Below are positions 53,857 through 62,954 of a DNA stretch of 64,000 nt, in pieces. The DNA comes from an uncultured Acidobacteriota bacterium (GTDB taxonomy: Bacteria; Acidobacteriota; Blastocatellia; RBC074). The translations under genes and the position numbers were made by a program. The notes below the pieces were generated by a model. The model was given only the letters and a program-made list of their open reading frames with translations. It was not told where the DNA came from and did not search any database. The stretch is taken from contig CAWCKY010000004.1 of NCBI GenBank assembly GCA_963796275.1, forward strand, positions 864,001 through 928,000. The letters are read 5' to 3'. Position 1 is the stretch's first letter, and each line of letters opens with the position of its first letter.

Positions 53857-56634
53857 ATGAATGCTCTGGCTAACCGTGAAGAATGCTTTGGTCAAATAAA
53901 AAACGAGTGCGATGAGTTACGCGCAGGCGGGCAAGAACAGATGGGGGAGACTTTACGAAGTGCGCTCGAGTTCCGCGAGCGATTCATGGAAGCCTCGCCG
54001 AACGCCATCGGCGCGCTCGATTCCGATGGAAAGTTTGTCCTGGCCAATCGTCGCGTGGCCGAAATCACGGGATACCGCCTCGATGAGCTGATAGGCCGAT
54101 CATTCCAGACTCTGCTTGCGCCGGGTGAAATGGCCCGTATCAACGAGCTTTTCATAGCTGTTATGAAAAACGGAATACCTGCGTCGCAGGTTGAAACCGA
54201 TGTGCTGCGTGAGGATGGCACGGCCCGCACAATCAATTTCAGCTTACAACCGCTGGCGCTGGAAGGCGGTGAATCCGGCGTATTCTTCAATGCTGAAGAC
54301 ATAACTGACCGGAAGCGAGCCGAAGAAGCGCTTAGGGAGAGCGAAAGGAGATTGCGAAGCGACATCGAGGCGCTCCTCCAAACGGTCGGCGGTATCATAT
54401 GGCAGGGAGAAGCGGACGTCGTCGCCAACACATTCCGCTTCGTCTTCGTCAGCCAACAGGCGGAGCGGATGCTCGGTTATCCCGTCAAAGACTGGCTGGA
54501 AAATTCGGCGATCTGGATCGAGCATATGCATCCTAAGGATAGACGGCGGGTGCTGGCGTTGCGCAGTCAGGCCCTCGTCGGGCGAGAAGACTACGAGATC
54601 GAGTACCGGATGATCGCCAGAGGCGGGCGGATTCTGTGGTTGCGGGAGATCGTCAAAATTGAACCGGCGAAAGATCGCTTTATCAAACTCCGCGGCATTA
54701 CCATAGATATTACCGAGCGAAAACAGGCGGATGCTGCACTGCACGAGAGCGATGCGCGGAATAAGGCGATCCTAAAAGCGCTCCCGGACTTGATGTTTCT
54801 CACCAGCCGGGACGGGGTATTCCTTGATTTCCACGCCAAAGAATTGGATGTGCTGTTCGCATCGCCGGAGAAGTTCCTCGGAAAGAATATCCGGGAAGTG
54901 CTCCCCGAGGACTTGAGCGAGGGTCTGGCTCGATGTTTCGAACAGGCGACGACATACGGCGAGCCGATCATCCACGAATACTCGCTACCCCTCGATGAAG
55001 GGAAAGGCTACTACGAGGCCCGCGTAGTGGGCTGTGACAGGGGCAGAGTCCTCAGCATCGTACGCGACATCACCGAACGCAAGCGGGCGGAAGCAGCGCT
55101 GCGCGAGAGCCAGCAACGTCTGGCGATGGCGACCGCCGCGGGCGGGGTCGGGATATGGGACTATGACCTGGAGACCGGCGAAATCTATATCGATCCGGCA
55201 TTGAAATCTATTCTCGGTTTCGAAGAGCACGAAATTCGCAACAATTTCAATGATTGGATGCAACACCTTCACCCCGATGACCGCGATCGCGTCCTGGCGA
55301 AACTGGAAATCCATCTCGCTAGTGAGGCGCCGGCCTGTGAATTCGAACATCGCCTTCATCACAAAGATGGCAGTATCCGCTGGTTCCTCGCGCGTGGCAC
55401 CGTCATCAGGCATCCGGACGGAACCCCATATCGATTGGTAGGCACACAGACGGACATCACGGATCGTAAACGTGCGGAAGAGGCGTTGCGCAACATCGCC
55501 GAAGGAGTCTCTGCGGTAACCGGGGAATCGTTCCTGCGCTCGCTCGTCCAATATCTGGTGAGAATATTGAAGGTGAACTACGCAATCGTCGGCGAGCTGG
55601 TCGAGCCTGAGCGCGAGATAGTCAAAGCGATCGCCTGCGCCGACGGACAGATAATGGACGCCTTCGAGTACGGCCTTTCCGATACGCCCTGCGCGAATGT
55701 CATTAAACAGCAACTGTGCTGTTACCCGGAAGGGGTTCAACGTCAATTTCCCAAAGACCAGCTGTTGGCTGACATGGGTGTTGAAAGCTATCTCGGCACG
55801 CCGCTCCGCGATTCATTCGGCCGTACGCTGGGTTTACTGGTAGTTATGAGCCGCGAACCGTTGAAAGATAGAAAATTGGCCACGTCGATGCTACAGATAT
55901 TCGCGGCGCGTGCTTCGGCCGAGATCGAGCGCAAGCGCGGTGAAGCTGCTCTGCTCGCCAGCGAAGAGTCGCTGCGCCGGAGTCATGCGCGCGCGCAGGA
56001 TCTGGCCGGCAAACTGATCACCGCACAGGAAGAAGAACGCAAAAACCTGTCGCGCGAATTACACGATGATCTCAATCAGAAACTGGCATCACTGGCCATT
56101 ACTATCGGCTATCTCAAACGGCATCTCCCCGAAGAAGCCGAGTTCATCAATCATCAACTGACCGACCTGGAGGACCGTATATTCTCCCTCTCGAACGACA
56201 TCCGCCAGTTGTCGCACGAGCTTCACCCGGCCGTACTGGAGCATATCGGGCTGCAGATGGCGCTCGAATCCTATTGCGGCGAGTTCAGCAGTCGCGAAGA
56301 TATTCCGGTCGCGCTCGCGATCGAAGAGGGCATCAGCGAAATCCAGCCGAGAATCGCACTCTGCCTCTATCGCATTGCGCAAGAGGCTTTGCGCAACATC
56401 GCCAAACATTCCTACGCGACCAGCGCAAATGTAACTTTATCGGCTGCGACTGGCGGGATCCGTCTGGTCATCTCGGACGAGGGGATAGGGTATGATTATT
56501 CGCAGGCGCGTACCAAAGGCGGCCTCGGGCTAATCAGCATGGAAGAGCGCGTTCGTCTGCTGGGCGGCAGTTTTCAAGTCATAACCCAGCCGCAGGAAGG
56601 AACCGAAGTACGGGTCCAGATCCCCAATCAATGA
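53857..56634 (+). CDS. multi-PAS + GAF sensor histidine kinase (NarX-type HisKA_3)
   Basis: Four PAS/PAC units ending DIT.RK, GAF-like domain, EERKNLSRELHDD, QEALRNIAKHS, DEGIG, GLGLISM. Confidence 0.95.
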   Translation: MNALANREECFGQIKNECDELRAGGQEQMGETLRSALEFRERFMEASPNAIGALDSDGKFVLANRRVAEITGYRLDELIGRSFQTLLAPGEMARINELFIAVMKNGIPASQVETDVLREDGTARTINFSLQPLALEGGESGVFFNAEDITDRKRAEEALRESERRLRSDIEALLQTVGGIIWQGEADVVANTFRFVFVSQQAERMLGYPVKDWLENSAIWIEHMHPKDRRRVLALRSQALVGREDYEIEYRMIARGGRILWLREIVKIEPAKDRFIKLRGITIDITERKQADAALHESDARNKAILKALPDLMFLTSRDGVFLDFHAKELDVLFASPEKFLGKNIREVLPEDLSEGLARCFEQATTYGEPIIHEYSLPLDEGKGYYEARVVGCDRGRVLSIVRDITERKRAEAALRESQQRLAMATAAGGVGIWDYDLETGEIYIDPALKSILGFEEHEIRNNFNDWMQHLHPDDRDRVLAKLEIHLASEAPACEFEHRLHHKDGSIRWFLARGTVIRHPDGTPYRLVGTQTDITDRKRAEEALRNIAEGVSAVTGESFLRSLVQYLVRILKVNYAIVGELVEPEREIVKAIACADGQIMDAFEYGLSDTPCANVIKQQLCCYPEGVQRQFPKDQLLADMGVESYLGTPLRDSFGRTLGLLVVMSREPLKDRKLATSMLQIFAARASAEIERKRGEAALLASEESLRRSHARAQDLAGKLITAQEEERKNLSRELHDDLNQKLASLAITIGYLKRHLPEEAEFINHQLTDLEDRIFSLSNDIRQLSHELHPAVLEHIGLQMALESYCGEFSSREDIPVALAIEEGISEIQPRIALCLYRIAQEALRNIAKHSYATSANVTLSAATGGIRLVISDEGIGYDYSQARTKGGLGLISMEERVRLLGGSFQVITQPQEGTEVRVQIPNQ

Positions 56635-56660
56635 GGAGTCAGAAGGGAGAAGGCAGAATC

Positions 56661-56778
56661 ATTTTAGATTTTAGATTTTAGATTTTAGATTTTACATTCG
56701 CCGTTTGTCATTGAATTGCTGACTACCTGAGTCAACGACAAATGGCGAATGTAAAATTTAAAATGTAAAATTTAAAAT
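56661..56778. repeat. long heptamer-flanked palindrome between convergent genes
   Basis: (ATTTTAG)4-ATTTTACATTCGCCGTTTGTCATTGA...TCAACGACAAATGGCGAATGTAAAAT-TTAAAATGTAAAATTTAAAAT. Confidence 0.85.
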
Positions 56779-56797
56779 TTTCACCCTTTTTCTTTTG

Positions 56798-57883
56798 TTA
56801 TCCCCACACCTCTCGCGCAGTCTGCGCCACCAGGTTCAGCTTGGCCTCCTGCTCTTCAATGGTCAAAAGGTTCCCTTCAATCGTCGAGGCGAATCCGCAC
56901 TGTGGACTCAATGCGAGCCTATCGAGCGGAATATAGGCTGCGGCCGCCTCGATGCGGCGCTTCAGCTCTACCTTATTCTCCAGTGCGGATTTTTTTGAGC
57001 TAACCAGACCCAATACTACAGTCCTGTCTTCAGGCACCTGCGCGAGCGGCTCGAAGCCGCCGGAGCGCTCGTCATCGAATTCGAGCAGGAAACGGTGGAA
57101 TTTCGTTTTGCGGAAGACATTGGTGATCGGCCCGTAATCTCCCCGGGCGTAGAACTTGCTCTGATTATTTCCGCGGCACAGATGCAGGCCGAAGGTGACG
57201 CCCGCACTGGAACTCGATCCGACCACCGCATTATCCATCTCAATTGACAAATCGAGCAGCCGATCCGGGTCGTTGCCGCGCTTCCGGTATCCTTCGCGCA
57301 GCTCCGGATCGAGTAATGCCGTGTATTGCGGAGAGTCAATCTGTATATAGGTACAACCCAGGCGGATCAGTTCCTTTATCTCTTCCCTAAGAATGTCGAC
57401 GAGGTCGGCCAGATATGCATCAATACTGGGGTAAGCGGAACCTGATTTTTCGCTATCGTAATAGGCCGCAGCCTGTTGCGCGCTGATCAGAGTGGTTTTG
57501 CCCGGGCGATCCGAACACGCGCGCAAATAGGCGAACTCTTCCGTACAGAGATGGCGCTTTTGCCGAAGACGGGAAACGACCACCGGTCGATTTTGAACGA
57601 TCTGCTCGCCCTCTTCGTTGCGGAACGGGATGGCCCATCCGCCATACTTGTCGAAACCTTCCACAGCGTCGATGAGATGCCCCCAGAAAGCATAACGCCG
57701 CATCTCACCATCGCTGACCACATCTAACCCCGCACGCTCCTGCTGGGCAACCGTTTCGTCAACTGCGCGGTCTTCAATGAGCTTAAACGCGACATCACTC
57801 AGTGCCCCCGACTCGAAGCGCTCGCGCGCCTCCTTCAGATAAGCGGGGCGTAACATACTTCCTACTACATCACTACGGAACAT
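56798..57883 (-). CDS. single-domain cobalamin-independent methionine synthase II family (MetE C-domain-like) enzyme
   Basis: VVGSMLRP, SDGEMRR, IQIDSP; Zn ligands in HLCRGN, LLEFD, SPQCGFAS. Confidence 0.93.
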   Translation of the reverse strand: MFRSDVVGSMLRPAYLKEARERFESGALSDVAFKLIEDRAVDETVAQQERAGLDVVSDGEMRRYAFWGHLIDAVEGFDKYGGWAIPFRNEEGEQIVQNRPVVVSRLRQKRHLCTEEFAYLRACSDRPGKTTLISAQQAAAYYDSEKSGSAYPSIDAYLADLVDILREEIKELIRLGCTYIQIDSPQYTALLDPELREGYRKRGNDPDRLLDLSIEMDNAVVGSSSSAGVTFGLHLCRGNNQSKFYARGDYGPITNVFRKTKFHRFLLEFDDERSGGFEPLAQVPEDRTVVLGLVSSKKSALENKVELKRRIEAAAAYIPLDRLALSPQCGFASTIEGNLLTIEEQEAKLNLVAQTAREVWG

Positions 57884-57909
57884 AGATATTCTCCTGGGAA
57901 TAAACTTTT

Positions 57910-60900
57910 TTAAAACCGCAACTTCATGCCGTACTGAAACTGAAACGGATTAGCGGCATCGCGCGGCGTGTTGAATCCGAGAACCGGACTCGACGGCACG
58001 CTCAGATCGATTCCTCCGTAAACGGTATTCAGGTCGGTGACGTTGATGCGATTGAGCAGGTTGAAAAAGTCGGCGCTGAATTCGGCGCTGAGGCGGTCGT
58101 TGAACCTGACCTCACGCGCCACGCGCATATCAAAAGTGGCGAAGCCGGGCCCCTGCAGAGTATTTCTCCCCAAAACGCCCGGCCGGTCAGAGAGCGGGTT
58201 GCCATCCATATTGGCATCCTGTCCGGCGAATACATTAAACCGTCGGCCCGATTGAGCAGTCAGCAACGTGCTGAACTTGAAATTGCGCAACACGGCAACT
58301 CCCTGCGGAACCTCACTGACAAATGCCAGCGTGAACCGGTGGGGTACGGTCTGACGCGAGACCGCGCGCTCGGGATTGATATCCCGCCCTTCGGGAAGAT
58401 CAGCCAGATTGGCTACCGACTCGGCATTATTGATGGTCTTTGAGAAAGTGTAACTGCCGTGGAAACTGACCCCGCGCGCGAATCGCTTCTCGATCTCGAA
58501 CGTCCCACCGTGATGGATGGAGAATCCGATGTCGTCTGTTACATAGAAATCTCCGAGCTCCGGGAATATCCGCCCGCCTAAGATAGGCTTGCCCGAAGGC
58601 AGCGTTCCTGTCTGCAAGGCATTGACCACTCCCGTGTGCGCCGCCAGCTTGAGCCCGTGCACATATAGATAGCCCACGGTCACAGCGATGCCGCCGCCCA
58701 GTTCGTGGGAGATTTCGAGGCTGGCCTGCTCCGAATAAGGCGTGCGTATTCTTCCATCCTTGTTGTCCCTGAAGCCGGGGTTGACGATGCCGTTGACCGG
58801 AGTTGCAACTGGTACCTGGCCGGTGGACGTGAAGATACAGGTGGCGAGTGTCGCCGCACTCGACGTCATTATCGTTGGCCCTCCTGGACGGCACGTGGTC
58901 GACTGAAGAGATGTGGTTCCCCTGACGGTGGGTTGAATAAAGTGAGCCCGTACCGGCGCCACACCGGGAAAAACGAGCTGGGCGTTCGGCAGATCGCCGG
59001 CGCTGCTCCCATCGACGGCGATCAACTGCTGGCCGACGCTGGTAAAGAGACGGTCATTGAAAATCCCGAATCCCGCGCGTACTACCGTGCGCGGAGTCAC
59101 AGCATAGGCGAGGCCCACGCGCGGCTGGAAATTGTTCAGGTCATTTCTCTGTACATAGACCGATGGATAGGTCTCGAAGTCGTAGCGCATCCCGAGTGTG
59201 AGAGTCAGCTTCGACGTCGCCTTCCACTCATCCTGGGCGAAGAATCCATATGAATTATGATTGACACCGAAATCGGTGAGCGGATCGAATTCGTCTGTGG
59301 CTTCCTGGGTGAATGGGACGGGGAGCGCGGAACGCGACGTCGTACCATTCGCAAGCGGGAACCAGAAGACCACCGGTGTCTGGTTCAGGAAAGTCGGCCC
59401 GGATACGCCCGGTCCGCCCAGGCTCGCAAAGATCACGCGCGCGGGCAGGAAGAGGTTCCATTTGGCGGTGTCGCGAATGTTATTGAAGTCCGCTCCCACT
59501 TTAACCAGATGTCCGCTCAAGTTGAGGCTCAGGTTGTCCGAGACCTGCAGGCGCGATTCGCGATAAAAGTCTATGTCCGAAGTGCTCTTTCCGGTGATGA
59601 GCAGGTTGGATACTTCTAGATCGGGCTCTTTGAGAACCGAGGGGAAATCGAAGCTCCGGCGCGCCCATTGAACGCGAGCCTCATTGACTACCCGGTTGCT
59701 CAACAATGCCGTGTCGGTGACCACGAAAGACTGATCGAAGGTCCTGTTATTCCGCGCCGTCGACGAAGCAGGTGATGCGCGCCCGCCCCCTCCGAGAAAA
59801 CCTTCCGTGGTCGAGTCCAGCAAGTTATAGCGGAGGGATAGATCGTTATTGCTCGTGATCTTGTGATCGAGCTTGGCGAGAAACCCATCATAGTCGTTCG
59901 AGCGCAAGAAGTCGGTGACCTCGGGCGTCAGTCCGAAGAATCTCTTGGTTGCATTGATCGCATCGATATTGTTGAAGAGCACCGAGGAGAACTTATTGTC
60001 CTCGCCTCGACGCTGCCCTTCGTAGCTGCCGAAGAAGAATGTCTTGTCCTTCCTGATCGGGCCGCCGATGGTGGCGCCATACTGATTCTGCCGTAGATCA
60101 GGATTGGGCCCAGTCAGAATGGGATTCGCATTGAGGGCATCGTTCATACCGAAGTAATAGGCCGAACCATGGAACTGGTTCGTTCCTGACTTCGTGACGA
60201 TATTGACGAAGCCCCCGGAAGCGCGGCCGTATTCCGCGAGGAAGGCGGAGTTGAGGACGCGAAACTCCCGCACCGATTCCTGCGACGGAGTGACGCGCGG
60301 CAATCCGGTGACGGTCTGAATATTGTCCACGCCGTCGACCAAGATCAGCGTGCTGAGCTCGGATTGCCCACCAAAGGTCAGCCGCGGCGCGGCCGCCGAA
60401 CCGACGCCCGTGTCTGGCTCCTTGAATGCGCCTCCGCCGACATTCTCGCGCCCCGGCGCCACTCCGCTCGACAGTTTGGCGAAATCGACGAAGTTGCGCC
60501 CGATGATCGGGAGCGAGTCGATCGACCGCTCGTTGATCACACGGCTCACTTCCGCTTTGGTCGTCTCGACCAGCGGTTCATCCTGCTTGACTTCGATCAC
60601 TTCGGTCACCTCTCCGACCTGTACAGTCAGATCGACCACCGATGCGCCGCCTACTGTGAGAAGCACGCCGCTCTGGATCGCCGTCCTGAATCCCGTGCGT
60701 TCGGCGCGAAGCTCATACTCGCCGGGACCCAGATTGATGAGACTATAACGACCTTCGCTGTCTGAGATGGCGCCACGAACCGCTCCCGTTTGGACATTCC
60801 TGGCGTTGATCTTCGCATCGGGAACGACCGCTCCCGACGCATCCCGGACCACCCCGGAGAGCGTCGCGGTGGTAGTCTGCCCCAATGCGGTCGCGCCCAC

Positions 60901-60948
60901 CAGAAGCACCGACAGCGATGCCAATAATATGCGTATCCTGTTGGTCAT
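57910..60948 (-). CDS. TonB-dependent receptor (Oar-like)
   Basis: Signal peptide, carboxypeptidase regulatory-like domain, LPIIGRNF, AEYGR, KSGTNQFHGS, QYGMKLRF. Confidence 0.95.
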   Translation of the reverse strand: MTNRIRILLASLSVLLVGATALGQTTTATLSGVVRDASGAVVPDAKINARNVQTGAVRGAISDSEGRYSLINLGPGEYELRAERTGFRTAIQSGVLLTVGGASVVDLTVQVGEVTEVIEVKQDEPLVETTKAEVSRVINERSIDSLPIIGRNFVDFAKLSSGVAPGRENVGGGAFKEPDTGVGSAAAPRLTFGGQSELSTLILVDGVDNIQTVTGLPRVTPSQESVREFRVLNSAFLAEYGRASGGFVNIVTKSGTNQFHGSAYYFGMNDALNANPILTGPNPDLRQNQYGATIGGPIRKDKTFFFGSYEGQRRGEDNKFSSVLFNNIDAINATKRFFGLTPEVTDFLRSNDYDGFLAKLDHKITSNNDLSLRYNLLDSTTEGFLGGGGRASPASSTARNNRTFDQSFVVTDTALLSNRVVNEARVQWARRSFDFPSVLKEPDLEVSNLLITGKSTSDIDFYRESRLQVSDNLSLNLSGHLVKVGADFNNIRDTAKWNLFLPARVIFASLGGPGVSGPTFLNQTPVVFWFPLANGTTSRSALPVPFTQEATDEFDPLTDFGVNHNSYGFFAQDEWKATSKLTLTLGMRYDFETYPSVYVQRNDLNNFQPRVGLAYAVTPRTVVRAGFGIFNDRLFTSVGQQLIAVDGSSAGDLPNAQLVFPGVAPVRAHFIQPTVRGTTSLQSTTCRPGGPTIMTSSAATLATCIFTSTGQVPVATPVNGIVNPGFRDNKDGRIRTPYSEQASLEISHELGGGIAVTVGYLYVHGLKLAAHTGVVNALQTGTLPSGKPILGGRIFPELGDFYVTDDIGFSIHHGGTFEIEKRFARGVSFHGSYTFSKTINNAESVANLADLPEGRDINPERAVSRQTVPHRFTLAFVSEVPQGVAVLRNFKFSTLLTAQSGRRFNVFAGQDANMDGNPLSDRPGVLGRNTLQGPGFATFDMRVAREVRFNDRLSAEFSADFFNLLNRINVTDLNTVYGGIDLSVPSSPVLGFNTPRDAANPFQFQYGMKLRF

Positions 60949-60966
60949 GGTTGAAACTCCCAGGAA

Positions 60967-61036
60967 TTAGTTTTCAGTTTTCAGTTTTCAGTTCCTGTTC
61001 TAGACAGCTCAACTTAAAACTTAAAACTTAAAACTT
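60967..61036. repeat. heptamer-built inverted repeat (AGTTTTC)3 / (AACTTAA)3
   Basis: Read directly. Confidence 0.8.
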
Positions 61037-61038
61037 TC

Positions 61039-61929
61039 CTACTTCTTATTGGTTATTGCTCGCACAATTTCGCGATAATCCTCCGGCACCCGGCCACCGA
61101 ATTCATCGAGCAGGTTGAGCCTGCCTCCCCATTCCTGCCGCCGGGCCGTAGCCTCAGCCATCACCGGTTCGACGCCGATCGCGCGCAGCGTCTCTGCCAC
61201 CTCTTCCATCTCGCGCGCCCGCCGCTCACCGTGTTCCAGTACGCGGCCGACCATATAACTCGCGAGCTTGCTCCAGTCGATCCCGGGGAATGTCTCGCCC
61301 AGAGAGGCGAAAACGCGCTCATCCGCGCCAAACCTGGTCGCCGACAACACACATTCGAAGAGCAGCGCCTCCAAACCTTTGACGATTATGCTGCGGCACA
61401 TCTTGACGGCCGATGCGACCCCGACCTGGTCCGAGACCACTTCTAGCCGCATCCCGTAGGGCGCAAGTGCATCGACCAGCGCGCGGGCATGGACTCCGCC
61501 CAGCGAAATCGGCACTCGGTGGCCATTGGGCGGAACAGCCAGCATGATCGCACCTTCGACAAAACGAGCCCCGCGCGTCGTTATTATGCCCTCGATAGAT
61601 AGTTTGAGCGCCGGTGAGACCGAGTTGAAATCCGCGTAAAGATGCCGCGCTTCCAGATAGGGCGCCGTCTGTTGGGCCGCTTCCGCCGCCGCATTTGCCG
61701 TCACCGTGGAGAGGATAATGTCGCACTCGCTGGCCAGGTTCGCGGATGAATCGAGCAGGCTGGTACCGCTCTCCGCTGCGCGCTTTTGAATCCTCTCTCC
61801 GAGCCTTGGCGCTTGCGCATTAATATCGTAGGCGAAGATGCGAGCGAGCCCCGCGCCGCGAAGCCCCTTGGCGATATGGAACCCCGCCTCGCCCAAACCT
61901 ATAAAACCGATTGTCGGACCATTCTCCAT
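61039..61929 (-). CDS. NAD(P)-dependent oxidoreductase (6PGD/3-hydroxyisobutyrate DH-like, DUF1932)
   Basis: IGFIGLGEAG, DFNSVSP, ASAVKMCRSIIVKG, HGERRAREMEE. Confidence 0.9.
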   Translation of the reverse strand: MENGPTIGFIGLGEAGFHIAKGLRGAGLARIFAYDINAQAPRLGERIQKRAAESGTSLLDSSANLASECDIILSTVTANAAAEAAQQTAPYLEARHLYADFNSVSPALKLSIEGIITTRGARFVEGAIMLAVPPNGHRVPISLGGVHARALVDALAPYGMRLEVVSDQVGVASAVKMCRSIIVKGLEALLFECVLSATRFGADERVFASLGETFPGIDWSKLASYMVGRVLEHGERRAREMEEVAETLRAIGVEPVMAEATARRQEWGGRLNLLDEFGGRVPEDYREIVRAITNKK

Positions 61930-61987
61930 AGGTAACCAATGAAACCGGCGTAAATTTAAAGTTGCCTGTTTCAATAAATTCTGATCG

Positions 61988-62178
61988 GCTCCGGAGGAAC
62001 CGGATGTCTATAGGCTCGACGTATTTTTCAACATCGAGCTCCGGAGGAGCAAAATGTGACATATCGCTCCTCCGGAGCTGGGAGGATATGTGGGCTCGTA
62101 TCTATAAACATTACGCGCCTCCGGCGCTATAAACATTACGTGCCTCCGGCGCTGAAAACATTACGCGCCTCCGGCGCT
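61988..62178. repeat. REP/BIME-like composite cluster
   Basis: GCTCCGGAGGA(A/G)C copies at 61988 and 62038, inverted GCTCCTCCGGAGC at 62066, and three tandem 25-mers CT(A/G)(T/A)AAACATTACG(C/T)GCCTCCGGCG at 62102-62176. Confidence 0.85.
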
Positions 62179-62201
62179 GAGTTCCGAGACCGTCGACTTT
62201 A

Positions 62202-62948
62202 CTAGTGCAAATATCCGCCGCCATCGCAGAGGATCATCTGCCCGGTGATCAATTCCGCATCGTCGCTCGCGATGAATGCGATGAGTCCGGCGAAGTGCTC
62301 CGGCGTGACGCGCTTCTTGATCGCCTGATTCATCATCACGCGGTTAAACGCTTCTTCGTCCGAATGAGCCTGTGTTCCGGGCGTCGCCACCATACCCGGC
62401 GCGACGGCATTGACTGTGATGCCATCATCGCCCAGTTCCTTCGCCATGACGCGCGTCATCCCCATGACCGCGCCCTTGGATGCGACGTACGCCATTTGAC
62501 CCGGGTTGGCGAGGAAGTAGGTACGCGACGCGACATTGATGATGCGCCCATGCCCGCTCTTCTTGATAAGCGGATAGGCAGCCTTCGAGACGTTGAAATA
62601 GCCAAGATAGTTGATCTGAACGTAACGGTTCATCTCTTCATATGTGAGCTGGTGCCATGGCTTTCGCCCTGAGAGAATCCCGGCATTATTGACCAGAATA
62701 TCGACTCGCTCGTGCCGCTTTTCGATGGCGCGCATCGCCTCGCCTATCTGCTCTACGCTGGTCACGTCGCAGGTCTGAGCGTTCGCTTCCCCGCCCGCGG
62801 CCCGTATTTCATGGGCGACGTCCGAGGCGTCTTTGATGTCCAGAATCTCGATCTTCGCCCCCTCAGCAGCCAGCCGCAGCGCCGCAGCTCGACCGATTCC
62901 GCCGGCCGCACCTGAAACTATCGCTATGCGATCTTTCAATCGACTCAT
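62202..62948 (-). CDS. SDR-family oxidoreductase
   Basis: SGAAGGIG, LVNNAG, YVASK, NAVAPG. Confidence 0.95.
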   Translation of the reverse strand: MSRLKDRIAIVSGAAGGIGRAAALRLAAEGAKIEILDIKDASDVAHEIRAAGGEANAQTCDVTSVEQIGEAMRAIEKRHERVDILVNNAGILSGRKPWHQLTYEEMNRYVQINYLGYFNVSKAAYPLIKKSGHGRIINVASRTYFLANPGQMAYVASKGAVMGMTRVMAKELGDDGITVNAVAPGMVATPGTQAHSDEEAFNRVMMNQAIKKRVTPEHFAGLIAFIASDDAELITGQMILCDGGGYLH

Positions 62949-62954
62949 TTTTCC

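Noticed and set aside
44197-56700. Integrative island at tRNA-Lys
   Set aside because: Content looks accessory, but no integrase and no duplicated tRNA 3' end were seen.
62102-62178. Possible mini CRISPR array
   Set aside because: The 25-bp units are directly adjacent with no spacers, and no cas genes are in the window.
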